Source: Candidatus Binatia bacterium (lineage in GTDB: Bacteria; Desulfobacterota; Binatia; HRBIN30). Taken from it: a stretch of DNA of 64,000 nt. Both the position numbers and the translations under genes were made by a program. Below the pieces are notes generated by a model, which was not told where the DNA came from, searched no databases, and worked only from the letters and a program-made list of their open reading frames with translations. The stretch covers positions 320,001 through 384,000 of the forward strand of contig JBBRSP010000002.1 of assembly GCA_038245295.1 (NCBI GenBank). Reading direction: 5' to 3'. Shown here piece by piece: positions 38,704-48,260 of this stretch. Each line of letters begins with the position of its first letter. The stretch's first letter is position 1.

Positions 38704-39402
38704 ATGGCACGATCGACAAGCATAACTCGCCTGGGGGCACTGTTGCGTGGTGTCGCTTTTGGAAGGGTGCGTTCGTTGGAGGAGCACAACCCGGCTGCTG
38801 TCTACGAGGTGTCGATTCAGCGCAGTCTAGAACAGCACGGTCGACTGCGCGACGCGGTGGCGCGTCTGTTGTACCTGCAGCGCCGGCTCGACAGTCGGCT
38901 CGCCGATCACCGCCTCGACTTGAATATTGTCGACGGTACTCTGAACCAAGCGGTCGAGCTCAACAATGACGAGACCGCGCTGACGCTGATCGACCAGAAG
39001 CAAACGCTGCTCGAAGCCATCGCAGCGGCCGAGGCTCGGCGCGGCACGTTGGGAGCGCAGATCGACGCGGCGAAGGAAAGTCTCGACAAGCTGACCCAGG
39101 CAGTTACGGACCTGCGCCGGGAGCGCACCGAGATGTTGTCGCAGCGCGCCCATGCGCAGGCACGCGTCGATACCGTCGAGAGCTTGCGCGGCTCGTTAGC
39201 CGGTTCTGCGGATGTCCATGAGGCGTTGGAAAATGTGCACGAGAAGATTTCGCAGGCCGAGGCGCTGGCCGATTTGAACGAACACAGCGGCGGGCGTGAC
39301 AAGGGCAACATCCTGGATGAGCGGCGCGCTGGCGCTCGTCGTGAAGCGAATCTCGAGGCGCTTGCCGCACTGCACGCGGCGCGCGCCAGGTCCGCGGCGT
39401 AG
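38704..39402 (+). CDS. PspA/IM30-family coiled-coil protein
   Basis: 232 aa, amphipathic N-terminus, EEHNPAAVYEVSI, long heptad helices, A/E/L/R-rich. Confidence 0.75.
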   Translation: MARSTSITRLGALLRGVAFGRVRSLEEHNPAAVYEVSIQRSLEQHGRLRDAVARLLYLQRRLDSRLADHRLDLNIVDGTLNQAVELNNDETALTLIDQKQTLLEAIAAAEARRGTLGAQIDAAKESLDKLTQAVTDLRRERTEMLSQRAHAQARVDTVESLRGSLAGSADVHEALENVHEKISQAEALADLNEHSGGRDKGNILDERRAGARREANLEALAALHAARARSAA

Positions 39403-39577
39403 GGTGACGCGAAGAAGAGCGACAAAGGACTGATGGAATCCTTACCGGGTTGCGCTTCGCCTTCGGCTCGTTGCGGGTCTCGACCGGTTCGTCAAACCCT
39501 TGTTTCTCATCAAGACACGCGCGCGTTTTGCCTCGTGACCTTGCAACTGGCTTCCGGCTGATATTTGAACGGAGGCG

Positions 39578-40585
39578 TTGGGCGCATCACTCGCATCGTT
39601 CCGGCCGGCCTGGTGGTTACCGAGCCGGCATCTGCAATCCCTGTGGGGGCCGATGCGTCGCCCGCGTCGCCTGGTGGGTTTTGAACGCGAGGTGATTGCG
39701 ACACCCGACGGCGACGAGGTGGTCTTGGACCATGTGGGCGGTCAAGCCAATGGGCCGTGCCTACTCGTCCTGCACGGTCTCGAAGGGTCGTCCTTCTCGC
39801 CCTACGTGCAAGGCTTTGCGGAGCGCGCTCTGGCCCGCGGCTGGCACGTCGCCGCGATGAACTATCGCGGCTGTGCCCGCGATCTCGATGACACGGTAAC
39901 GTTTCTGCCGAATCGCACGGCGCGTCTGTATCACTCGGGTGCCACCGACGACGTCGATTTGGTGATTCGACATCTGCAGCGCGCCAATCCGGGTGTGCCG
40001 CTGTTGGCGGCGGGAGTGTCGCTCGGCGCCAACCTGATCCTCAAATGGCTCGGCGAAAATCCTCGGCAGACGCTGGTTGGCGCGGCGGCGGCGGTGTGTG
40101 CGCCGTACGATTTGCTTGCCGGGGCACGCCACCTCGAATCACCGATCGGTCGGCTGTACGTCAGCCACTTCCTCGAAACGCTGACCAAGAAGGTTGCGAC
40201 GATCAGCCAGCGCCATCCAGAGGTGCGTAACCTCGTCGACGTCGAGCGCGCCCTGAAGGCACGCGACTTCTACACGTTCGATGATGCGGCGACGGCGCCG
40301 CTCCACGGCTTCGCAGACGCTACCGACTACTACGTGCGCAGCAGTTCGTTGCGAGTCATCGATCGCATCACGACGCCGACTCTGGCGCTCAGCGCCGTCG
40401 ATGACCCAGTGGTCCCCGGCTCACAACTCGCCGAGGTACGGCGTCGCGCCTCGGAGTCGGTTGAGACTGTCTTCACACCACACGGTGGCCACGTCGGTTT
40501 CATCGGCGGGCGTCGCCCGGGGCGTCCCGAGTATTGGGGGGAAGACTTCGTCATCGCCTGGCTGGCGCGACAGCTCGGCGTTTGA
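39578..40585 (+). CDS. YheT-family alpha/beta hydrolase
   Basis: FRPAWWL..RHLQS, HGLEGS, LYHSG, GVSLGAN, DDPVV, GGHVGF. Confidence 0.92.
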   Translation: MGASLASFRPAWWLPSRHLQSLWGPMRRPRRLVGFEREVIATPDGDEVVLDHVGGQANGPCLLVLHGLEGSSFSPYVQGFAERALARGWHVAAMNYRGCARDLDDTVTFLPNRTARLYHSGATDDVDLVIRHLQRANPGVPLLAAGVSLGANLILKWLGENPRQTLVGAAAAVCAPYDLLAGARHLESPIGRLYVSHFLETLTKKVATISQRHPEVRNLVDVERALKARDFYTFDDAATAPLHGFADATDYYVRSSSLRVIDRITTPTLALSAVDDPVVPGSQLAEVRRRASESVETVFTPHGGHVGFIGGRRPGRPEYWGEDFVIAWLARQLGV

Positions 40586-40732
40586 ACCGGAGAGTGGAGA
40601 GTTTCTCAGCAGCTTAGATATGGACGTCTATATGTAAAAGAAATCTGCACGGTTGAGAGACCATCTTGGGTGATCGGATCCAGATGGCATGTTCGCGAGA
40701 TTGAGTTCGTGCCGACGCCGTCTCCCGGCTCG

Positions 40733-41737
40733 TCAGAACAGCCGCAGCTCACCCGCATCAATCCGTTTCAGAAGATCCTCGAGCCGATCGGCCATTGCCT
40801 TGATTTCGGCGGTGGTGAGGCCGAATTGGATGTGACCGGGTGCGAGACGCGTGCCGATTTCCGGATTGAGATTGGTGTCGAGCGGTATGTTGTGAAGGAT
40901 GCCGGCCTCATCGGCCTGCAGCTCCCCCAGAACGCCGAATTCGTTGAGCGACTCCGTGGTGACGCTTCTCAGGCGATCGATCGACTGCTTCGGCACCCCG
41001 TCGACGCGCAGTTTGTCGAAGTGCCAGGTGAAGAAGTTGTACAAGGTTCCGCCGAAGGCGATGCTGTTGTCGATCGAGAACACACGCGGCTCCGTTTCGT
41101 CCTTCGGCATCAGGAAGTTACTGCCGCGGGCGTCGCGGTGGGCAATCAAATACGCGAGCAGGTTGAGGTTGGCGAAGTGGAACGCGTAACGACTATCTTC
41201 GGCGAAGCGTTTCGGGTCGAAGGCGGCGCGCGGCTGGTCGACGTTCTCGAGCCAGGCGGCGATGGCTCCGAATACACATTGCGTTCCTTCGATGTTCGGA
41301 ACAGCCGTTGGGTCGACGATACTATAAGAGTCGAGGCAAATACCGCGTGCCGCGACCGGTGGGACGGGAAAGTCGGCGGCATCCAAGAACAATTTCTGTA
41401 CGGCGTACGCGCCGATTTCACGACGTGGTGAATTGTTCCAGCCATCACCGCCGGCCGGCGCCGCTTTCCACTTCGCCTCGAGCTTGAATTGATCATCCTG
41501 AAAGACCAGCGTCAGCTTCTTTGCCCCCATCACGCCGCCACCCGCTCCCTCGGCGGCGGTGATGGCGAACTCGTCATTCCGCAGGCGGTGCAAAAGCGGG
41601 ATGGGAGGTATCGGTAGAGGGGCCGTCGGATCGGGCTCGGTCATGCGATCACAACAAACCACGTCCTGGGGCGCAACGCACGGTCTCAAAACAAGTCGCC
41701 GCTCAACAGACTTCCGAGCGCCGGGATCGTCAGCCAT
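40733..41737 (-). CDS. Atypical protein-kinase-like fold protein (PI3/4K, Fam20 or HipA-like); start may be 41644
   Basis: GAGGG loop, AKWK, RREIGAY, VPP, HRDARGSNFL, IDNSIAF. Confidence 0.6.
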   Translation of the reverse strand: MADDPGARKSVERRLVLRPCVAPQDVVCCDRMTEPDPTAPLPIPPIPLLHRLRNDEFAITAAEGAGGGVMGAKKLTLVFQDDQFKLEAKWKAAPAGGDGWNNSPRREIGAYAVQKLFLDAADFPVPPVAARGICLDSYSIVDPTAVPNIEGTQCVFGAIAAWLENVDQPRAAFDPKRFAEDSRYAFHFANLNLLAYLIAHRDARGSNFLMPKDETEPRVFSIDNSIAFGGTLYNFFTWHFDKLRVDGVPKQSIDRLRSVTTESLNEFGVLGELQADEAGILHNIPLDTNLNPEIGTRLAPGHIQFGLTTAEIKAMADRLEDLLKRIDAGELRLF

Positions 41738-41769
41738 CGCTGGTGTGTTTTCATGATTGCCTCGCTTAG

Positions 41770-41785
41770 CGCACCGGTTGTGCCA
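41770..41785 (-). promoter_or_regulatory. Putative sigma54 promoter
   Basis: TGGCAC-AACCG-GTGCG upstream of the kinase-like gene. Confidence 0.55.
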
Positions 41786-41911
41786 AGCACACCGCAGGCC
41801 GCCGCGGCATCGAACGAAATCACTTTCTGGCCGCTGCGATATGCAATTTCTACAAAATCCTTATCGTGAGTCGACGACGCGCGTTGGCCAGACCAATACG
41901 TTCACCCTGGT

Positions 41912-42370
41912 ATGGAAGCTGCACAACCGATCGATGTGCACTCAAACCGTATTCGAAATACTCTCATCATCTTAATCGGTGTGCTCTTGCTATTTACTGT
42001 GCCGACACAGGCCGCGAGCAAACATCGTGCGCCGACGAAGAAGAGCAGCAAGATAACCCGCGAGAACCTCGAGGGATCGTTCCGGAAATTCTGCGACGAG
42101 TGGATGCAAAAGGTCTGGGCTCGTGCCGAATCCAAGGACTGGGTGCAACAGGGGGACGACGTCACGCGCACGTACGTCGAGTACAGTCGCGACTATACAT
42201 GCGAGCTCATGAACGAGAAGCCACCGGTGGGGAAAATCAACTATCGGGAAAATTGGTACGAGCAACACGGAAAGACACGCGACGAAGCGGAAGCGAGCGA
42301 GCGCACGCCGGTTAAGATTCTTGAGACTGGCGAGTTGTTCAGCTGGAATCGCGGCAAGTGGGACTTCTGA
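41912..42370 (+). CDS. Secreted hypothetical protein
   Basis: Signal peptide (LIILIGVLLLFTVPTQA), one Cys pair, aromatic C-terminus. Confidence 0.7.
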   Translation: MEAAQPIDVHSNRIRNTLIILIGVLLLFTVPTQAASKHRAPTKKSSKITRENLEGSFRKFCDEWMQKVWARAESKDWVQQGDDVTRTYVEYSRDYTCELMNEKPPVGKINYRENWYEQHGKTRDEAEASERTPVKILETGELFSWNRGKWDF

Positions 42371-42492
42371 GCCCGCACAAAAACCGCCAAAGATCCTTCT
42401 AGCCATGTAAGACTTACCCACGGCGGCTGTAAGCAAAGCCCTCGGCTCTCTCGATCTCCCCTCTCGCTCTCTCGAATGACCCGGAACTGTCC

Positions 42493-42508
42493 TGGCACCC
42501 CTGTTGCT
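42493..42508 (+). promoter_or_regulatory. Sigma54 promoter, near consensus
   Basis: TGGCAC-CCCTG-TTGCT, then AAGGAG RBS. Confidence 0.8.
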
Positions 42509-42536
42509 CTTGTGGACGGGAGAAAGGAGCAGCCTG

Positions 42537-42707
42537 ATGTTGCACTACGCCGTCGTATTTTTCGTAATCGCCCTGGTTGCCGCTGTGCTTGGCTTCCGTG
42601 GAGTTGCCGGCATGTCGGCCGAGATCGGTTGGGTATTCGCTGTTCTCTCGATCGTCATCCTCGTGGTTGCGCTCGTGAGTAACCGCGGGACAACGGTTCT
42701 TCCCTAG
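42537..42707 (+). CDS. DUF1328 (UPF0391/YtjA-like) small membrane protein
   Basis: MLHYAVVFFVIALVAAVLGFRGVAG signature; precedes a BON gene as ytjA is linked to osmY. Confidence 0.92.
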   Translation: MLHYAVVFFVIALVAAVLGFRGVAGMSAEIGWVFAVLSIVILVVALVSNRGTTVLP

Positions 42708-42781
42708 GCCGCTTGCTGCTGCGGTTGAAGCGTCAGCGAGCTGTGACCCATGCGAGTAAACTTTGGACAAGGAGAAGAACA

Positions 42782-43843
42782 ATGAATCGTCAAACTACCG
42801 GTCGCAGGACCCGATGGATCGAAAGCGGCATGATGGCCGCCGCACTGGCGTGTCTGAGTGTTGCGCCATCAATCGCTTCGGCGTCGACCCACGACGCTTG
42901 GATTACGACCAAGACCAAGATGGCGTTGCTCACCACCGAAGGCGTGAGCGGCACTTCGGTCAACGTTGATACGGTGAACAGTACGGTCACACTGCACGGC
43001 AAGGTGGAGTCGGCCGACGAAAAGGCCAAGGCCGAGGCGGTTGCCCGCAAGATCGACGGCGTCACGGATGTTCGCAACGTATTGCAGGTCGTGAGCACTC
43101 CTCACGCCGCTGTGGTGCAGCGCACCGACGATCAGATCAAGACCCAGTTGACCAAGTCGCTCAGCGCAGCCCCCGCCCTGGAAGGGATTTCGGTCCAATC
43201 CGTGAACAACGGTGTGGTTCTTCTGGGTGGAACCGCCAAGACGCTGACGGCGCATCTCAGCGCTGTTGAGGCAGCGCACCGGGTGCCGGGCGTGAAGCGT
43301 GTGGTCAGCGAAGTTAAAAGTCCCGAAGCACTCGCCGATAGCGAGATCTGGCGCGACTGGAAGAAGGATTCCTCGGACGCCGCTTCGAGTGTCGGAAATT
43401 CAGCGCGCGATGCCTACGTGACCTCGGCCACCAAGATGCGCTTGCTGGCGGATAAAGAGACCCCGGCGCTGGCGATCAATGTCGATACACAGGACGGCGT
43501 TGTGACCCTGTTCGGGATCGTCCCGACCAAGAAGGCCAAGATGGCTGCCGAAGCGGATGCGCGCAAAGTCAGTGGCGTTACCAAGGTACAGAACGAGCTC
43601 CAGATCGTTCCGGCTGCCATGCAGGCGATGGTGAAAACGCACGACGCCGATCTCGAGCGCGACGTCAAGAAATCGCTGCAGGATCGTGCCGAGTTCAAGG
43701 ACATCAATGTCGAAGTGAAGAACTGCGTGGCGCGTCTCACCGGCACCGTTCCGGATGGAATGCAGCGTCTCGAAGCCGCCGTGGTTGCTCGTTCAACCCA
43801 GGGCGTCTGTTCGGTCAACGACGAGTTGCGTATCTCCAACTAG
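42782..43843 (+). CDS. Periplasmic OsmY-like protein with four BON domains
   Basis: DAWITTKTKMALL...VNVDT...VTLHG...GVTDVRNVL pattern repeated four times; signal peptide. Confidence 0.92.
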   Translation: MNRQTTGRRTRWIESGMMAAALACLSVAPSIASASTHDAWITTKTKMALLTTEGVSGTSVNVDTVNSTVTLHGKVESADEKAKAEAVARKIDGVTDVRNVLQVVSTPHAAVVQRTDDQIKTQLTKSLSAAPALEGISVQSVNNGVVLLGGTAKTLTAHLSAVEAAHRVPGVKRVVSEVKSPEALADSEIWRDWKKDSSDAASSVGNSARDAYVTSATKMRLLADKETPALAINVDTQDGVVTLFGIVPTKKAKMAAEADARKVSGVTKVQNELQIVPAAMQAMVKTHDADLERDVKKSLQDRAEFKDINVEVKNCVARLTGTVPDGMQRLEAAVVARSTQGVCSVNDELRISN

Positions 43844-43874
43844 ACTCACGTCCCTCCACATCTCTTTCGACCAG

Positions 43875-43917
43875 AAACACCTCGTCGAGCCACGGCTCGA
43901 TGAGGTGTTTTCAATTT
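43875..43917 (+). terminator. Rho-independent terminator
   Basis: AAACACCTCGTCGAGCC...GGCTCGATGAGGTGTTT followed by a T-rich tail. Confidence 0.7.
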
Positions 43918-44027
43918 TACGCGTAACCTCGACGCCGTCTGAAATTGTTACACGCCACCTCGCCAACACCTCCGGATTCTTCCCTTGAGTCTTAGGTGCT
44001 TCCGTTGCGCCGCGTCCATTCGGCTGT

Positions 44028-44043
44028 TGGCATTTGTGTTGCT
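44028..44043 (+). promoter_or_regulatory. Sigma54 promoter, near consensus
   Basis: TGGCAT-TTGTG-TTGCT; supports a start at ATG 44096. Confidence 0.8.
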
Positions 44044-44095
44044 GAACCAATCCGCGTTCCAGTCAGCGACGACGAAAAAAAAGAGGGGGTTGCCG

Positions 44096-46771
44096 ATGGC
44101 ACGACGGTGGCAGCGAAAGAGGGAATCCGGGCTTTCGATATTCGGGTGCGGGGTTCTAGGGGCTTTACTGTTCGGTGTTGTGCTTGCGGCCCGGCCGAGT
44201 GCGGCACTCGACTGCATGAGCTTGCCCTTCGGACCGATCACAGTGACGCCGGGTGATAACAGCACCGGCATCGTCACCAGTTACGATATCAGTACCACCG
44301 TCCCTTTGTTGGACGGCTGCGACGTCACCACACTGACCGAGATCACGGTGCTCCTCCCCGAAGATTCGCTGGTGAGCGCCACCGCTAGCGGCACAATCAA
44401 CGGTACGCCGATCGCCGCGTTTACGACCAGGAGCGGGGCACAGGCGTCATTTCGGTCGCCCGTCCCAATCGCCGCAAACGGAGCGCTGGCGATTCACTTG
44501 AACCTGATCACCAGTGCCAGCGCCCAGGGTGCCAAGACCTTGACCGTGTCGGCACTCGACACGCGGGATGGCGGGCCGATTGGCGCGACCACGTCCCTGC
44601 CATTTCTACTGCTGACTCCGACGGCGGGTCCAACGGCCACGGTGACACCAACACGCACCTTGACGGCGACTCGAACCAATACTCTACCGGCGGCGTCAAC
44701 GCCGACCGATACGGTGCCGCCGACGGCAACCGGAACGCCGACCAGTACGGACACGCCGCTGCCGACCGCGACCATGGTGCCGACGTCGACGTTCACTCCG
44801 ACCCCGGGCCTGTGCACGGCCAACGCCAACAACCCCTGTGTTCCGGGCAAGGGGGCGCAGGCGCTCGACTGCGGCATGGAGTGGCTGCCGTCCCCGGTTC
44901 CCGTGCGTGATCGCCACGGCGTCCCGAAGACACGACTCATCTGTTACGAAGGTGACCCCACCTGTGACGCTGATCCAAATCTAAACGACGGTGTCTGCGA
45001 GCTGCGCACTCAGCTGTGCATCAACAACCACGATCCGCGCCTGCCCAGATGCCAAGCAACCGACGTGACGAGCTTCGAGGTAAAGAGCCCGCGCCCGTCG
45101 CACCCGCGTGACAACGCTGACCTGGCCGATATCAACGCAATGGAAATGGCCATGGGGGCCGGCGGGTTGGGCGTTACGATCAATCGCGGCGGCATGTCGA
45201 TCTTCACCGGCGCGACGAACAACACGCCAAATGCGTGTACGGGAGAGATCAGCTTGCCGATCGCCATGAAGCATTCGGCGACCGGAGTCCTGCGGCGACG
45301 TTCGGTGCGCCTGCGGACGCAGGCCATTTCGAGCTCCGGCTTGAAGGATACCGACGTGCTGAGCCTACAATGCCGCCCGAGCACTTGCGGTGACGGCATC
45401 GTGCAGGGTGATCACGAGCAATGCGACGACCACAACCGCATCAATGGCGACGGCTGTGACCAGGGCTGTCACATCGAGCTGGCTCCGACACGGACCCCGA
45501 CCCTTGCCGGTCCGTCGATGACCCCAACCGTGACCCTGACGCCGACCATCACGCCCACGGCGACGATTACGTTTACGCCAGGACCAGCCACCGCGACCCC
45601 TAGCGTCACGGCGACAGCGACGATCACCAGCACCCCGGGAGCGGCGCGTTGTGGCAATGGTGCCATCGATAGTGGCGAGGATTGTGACGACGGCGGTATC
45701 TGTATTGGCGGAAGCAATGCCGGCACGCATTGCACCGACGAGTCCCAGTGTGTTGGCAACGGAATCTGTATTGACGGGACGAGCATCGGCACGGCGTGCG
45801 CTAGCGATACTGATTGTCCGGGCAGCACCTGTGTGCACTGTCGCGCCTTCGGTGGCGACGGATGCGCTTCCAACTGCACGCAAGAGACGGACGTTCCGTA
45901 CAACCTCGTGGCCGGGAACGCCAATTCTCCTGCGACGACCAGCACGGCGCGGGCGCACGGTTCGAGCCTCGATCTGACACTGCCGCTGCGTGGCTCAGAG
46001 GTGCTCACCATCGGCAAAGCGCGGGACGGCATGATCCCGATCGTCGTAAAAGCATCGTCGATCACCTTGCCGGCCATCAAGATCAGCACGCTGGCGTGTG
46101 CCTGTGTGCGCGGTGCTGCGGTCCAAACATGCGGCGGCACCCTGTTCGAGATCGATGGTAGCCCGGCGCGCGATTGCACTCTGAATGACGATTGTGCCGC
46201 GATGTCCAAACCGCCCTGTACCTACCTGCACGGCGAGGGCAACGCGGCCGCTGGAGTGATCGGTTGCAATGGTTTGTCGCCGATCGACTTCACCTACTCC
46301 CAGGATGCGGGTGGTACGCCCCCACCACCTGCACCCACCCCGCCCGCCGGCTCCGGTGGACCCATGATTGTGTTCACCGGAACCGGTGGGCCGGGGGCCG
46401 CCCTGATCCTGAATACGCTGAAGGTTGGTACGGCGCAGCCACCGGCTCCCTCCACGAACCCCTGTCGAGCCAACTCGCCGGCCTATGGGCCGGATCAGAA
46501 CTTCTGTACCGACGACGATCCGGAATCGTCACGCGGGACGGCGACCACACTGCCGGCTGTTACCGGCACCGCCACAGGCGTTGTGACCGACCGCAATGGC
46601 AGCCCGCAGACGCTGGGTCCGGACTCTCGCACCGGCACGCCTTTCAACTGCGCCGCCCTTACCAGCGCGTCCCCGTCTGCATCGGGAACGCAGCTGGTTG
46701 GAGCCTTCACTTCACTGAACCAACCCACTCTTGGCGACCTCGTTGTCACCGACGGTCTGGTTGCTCAGTGA
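44096..46771 (+). CDS. Large secreted Cys-rich protein with T/P linkers and myxococcal-type Cys-rich (DUF4215-like) repeats
   Basis: Signal peptide; CGDGIVQGDHEQCDDHNRINGDGCDQGC and CGNGAIDSGEDCDDG; long TPT runs. Confidence 0.8.
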   Translation: MARRWQRKRESGLSIFGCGVLGALLFGVVLAARPSAALDCMSLPFGPITVTPGDNSTGIVTSYDISTTVPLLDGCDVTTLTEITVLLPEDSLVSATASGTINGTPIAAFTTRSGAQASFRSPVPIAANGALAIHLNLITSASAQGAKTLTVSALDTRDGGPIGATTSLPFLLLTPTAGPTATVTPTRTLTATRTNTLPAASTPTDTVPPTATGTPTSTDTPLPTATMVPTSTFTPTPGLCTANANNPCVPGKGAQALDCGMEWLPSPVPVRDRHGVPKTRLICYEGDPTCDADPNLNDGVCELRTQLCINNHDPRLPRCQATDVTSFEVKSPRPSHPRDNADLADINAMEMAMGAGGLGVTINRGGMSIFTGATNNTPNACTGEISLPIAMKHSATGVLRRRSVRLRTQAISSSGLKDTDVLSLQCRPSTCGDGIVQGDHEQCDDHNRINGDGCDQGCHIELAPTRTPTLAGPSMTPTVTLTPTITPTATITFTPGPATATPSVTATATITSTPGAARCGNGAIDSGEDCDDGGICIGGSNAGTHCTDESQCVGNGICIDGTSIGTACASDTDCPGSTCVHCRAFGGDGCASNCTQETDVPYNLVAGNANSPATTSTARAHGSSLDLTLPLRGSEVLTIGKARDGMIPIVVKASSITLPAIKISTLACACVRGAAVQTCGGTLFEIDGSPARDCTLNDDCAAMSKPPCTYLHGEGNAAAGVIGCNGLSPIDFTYSQDAGGTPPPPAPTPPAGSGGPMIVFTGTGGPGAALILNTLKVGTAQPPAPSTNPCRANSPAYGPDQNFCTDDDPESSRGTATTLPAVTGTATGVVTDRNGSPQTLGPDSRTGTPFNCAALTSASPSASGTQLVGAFTSLNQPTLGDLVVTDGLVAQ

Positions 46772-46781
46772 AGTTGTCCGA

Positions 46782-46821
46782 AGAGCCGGCGGACCTGCGT
46801 TGGTCCGCCGGCTCATTTGTT
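46782..46821 (+). terminator. Terminator hairpin
   Basis: GAGCCGGCGGACC-TGCGTT-GGTCCGCCGGCTC followed by ATTTGTT. Confidence 0.7.
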
Positions 46822-46965
46822 GCCCACGCTCGTCAACGCGCTCAGGCGTTGGGGTTCGACGACTCCATGGTCAAACTGATTGGCCGACGAACCGTGGTAG
46901 GAGAGTCCGGAAAGCCAGACGGCCGACCATACTGATGTCCAGGTTCCGGGACAGCCGCGGAGCGA

Positions 46966-47490
46966 TCGGCAACGGTCACGTTCGAGTACGATTCCCTCGG
47001 GCGGCGAACCAAAGTGATCGACGATGACTCCGGCAACTGGATTTATGCCTATGATCTCAACGGCAACCTGGTGTACCAGGACGATCCGCAGACGGGTCAA
47101 CATCTGGAGCTTTGTTACGACCAACTGAACCGCATCACACGCAAGTGGTATGCGGGCAGCGACGCCCAAGTGATGCCTGTTGGATCGAAGTGCAGCGGTA
47201 CGATCAGCGAACCCCATTTCGACTACGCTTACGACTGCGGCAGCAATCGCATCGGCCGGCTGTGCAGTGTCCAGGACGCTCTGCCGCTGGCGGTTCGCTT
47301 CACCGGCTACACGTACGACGTGCGCGGGCGGGTGGCGAGCGAAACCATCACGCAGGACGTCACCGTCAGCTCCATGGCGCGCTCAACGAGCTTCGCGCGT
47401 AGTTTCACCTACGACCTCGCCGATCGGGTGGCCACCGTCGGCTATCCTATCGACGTTGGTGGCCAGAGCGAGTTAGTGTCTTACACCTAG
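46966..47490 (+). pseudogene. Internal Rhs/YD-repeat fragment
   Basis: FEYDSLGRR, YAYDLNGNL, YDQLNR, YTYDVRGRV, FTYDLADRV; no N-terminus, no Rhs core end or toxin domain. Confidence 0.8.
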
Positions 47491-48153
47491 CTTGCCAGTA
47501 TGTACGATCTTTCAAGCGCCCTGAATCAACCGATCATCGTCGGCGCTCTCGACACGAGCAGCGGCGGCGCTTCGACGAATGCACTCTATGTCCTGACGCC
47601 CGGCCGCTCGATCGCCGGCACCTACAGCAAGCAGCACCTACTGCCCTTCGGCGAATATGCCCCCGGGCTCGGCAACCTCTGGCACACAACGGCGAAACTT
47701 GTCCCGGGAGCCAAGCCGGAGCTGCTGACCATATCCCTCAGCGACAACCATAACCTCTCGCTCGGGCCGTCGATTTGTTACGAAGCCGTGCTGCCAGGAT
47801 TGTTCACCGACATGGTACGCTCCGGCGCGGAGCTACTGATCAATGCGACCGACGACTCGTGGCTCGGCGCCGGCAACGCGCCGCTTCAACATCTGCAAGG
47901 CACCGTGTTCCGCGCCATCGAGACACGTCGCACGCTAGTGCGCGCGTCGAACTCGGGAGTCTCCGCGGTGATCGACGCCAGCGGGCGGATCGCGCAGCGC
48001 ACGAGGCTGTCGGAAGCCACGACCCTGACCGCCGGTATATTGCCACGTAGCGGCATCACGACCTACGTCTTGATGGGAGACTGGTTCGCCTACCTGTGCG
48101 TGATGATGGCAAGCTTCGGTGGGCTCGAGCAGAGACGCAAAGGCGCGATGTGA
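47491..48153 (+). pseudogene. lnt: C-terminal fragment of apolipoprotein N-acyltransferase
   Basis: YSKQHLLPFGEY, ICYE, NATDDSW, RAIETRR, RASNSGVSA; N-terminal TM region and WPE catalytic Glu are absent. Confidence 0.8.
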
Positions 48154-48210
48154 AAGGACGTTGAAGGTCCGAACCCGCAGCTCTCTGCGGCTTTGCGCCT
48201 CTGCGGTGAG
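48130..48210. repeat. Degenerate REP-like inverted pair (CGCAGAGGCGCAAAG type)
   Basis: CAGAGACGCAAAGGCGC ... GCGGCTTTGCGCCTCTGCGG. Confidence 0.5.
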
Positions 48211-48260
48211 CCACCACAACGGAATCTCAGCCGCGCACCGCGGCCGCCGTTACCGAGATC

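Noticed and set aside
43985..44095. TTG start of the 928-aa ORF
   Set aside because: Region contains the sigma54 box and RBS; ATG 44096 fits better
47488..47490. Pyrrolysine or other amber readthrough joining Rhs and Lnt
   Set aside because: Both halves are incomplete and functionally unrelated; no pyl genes in the window
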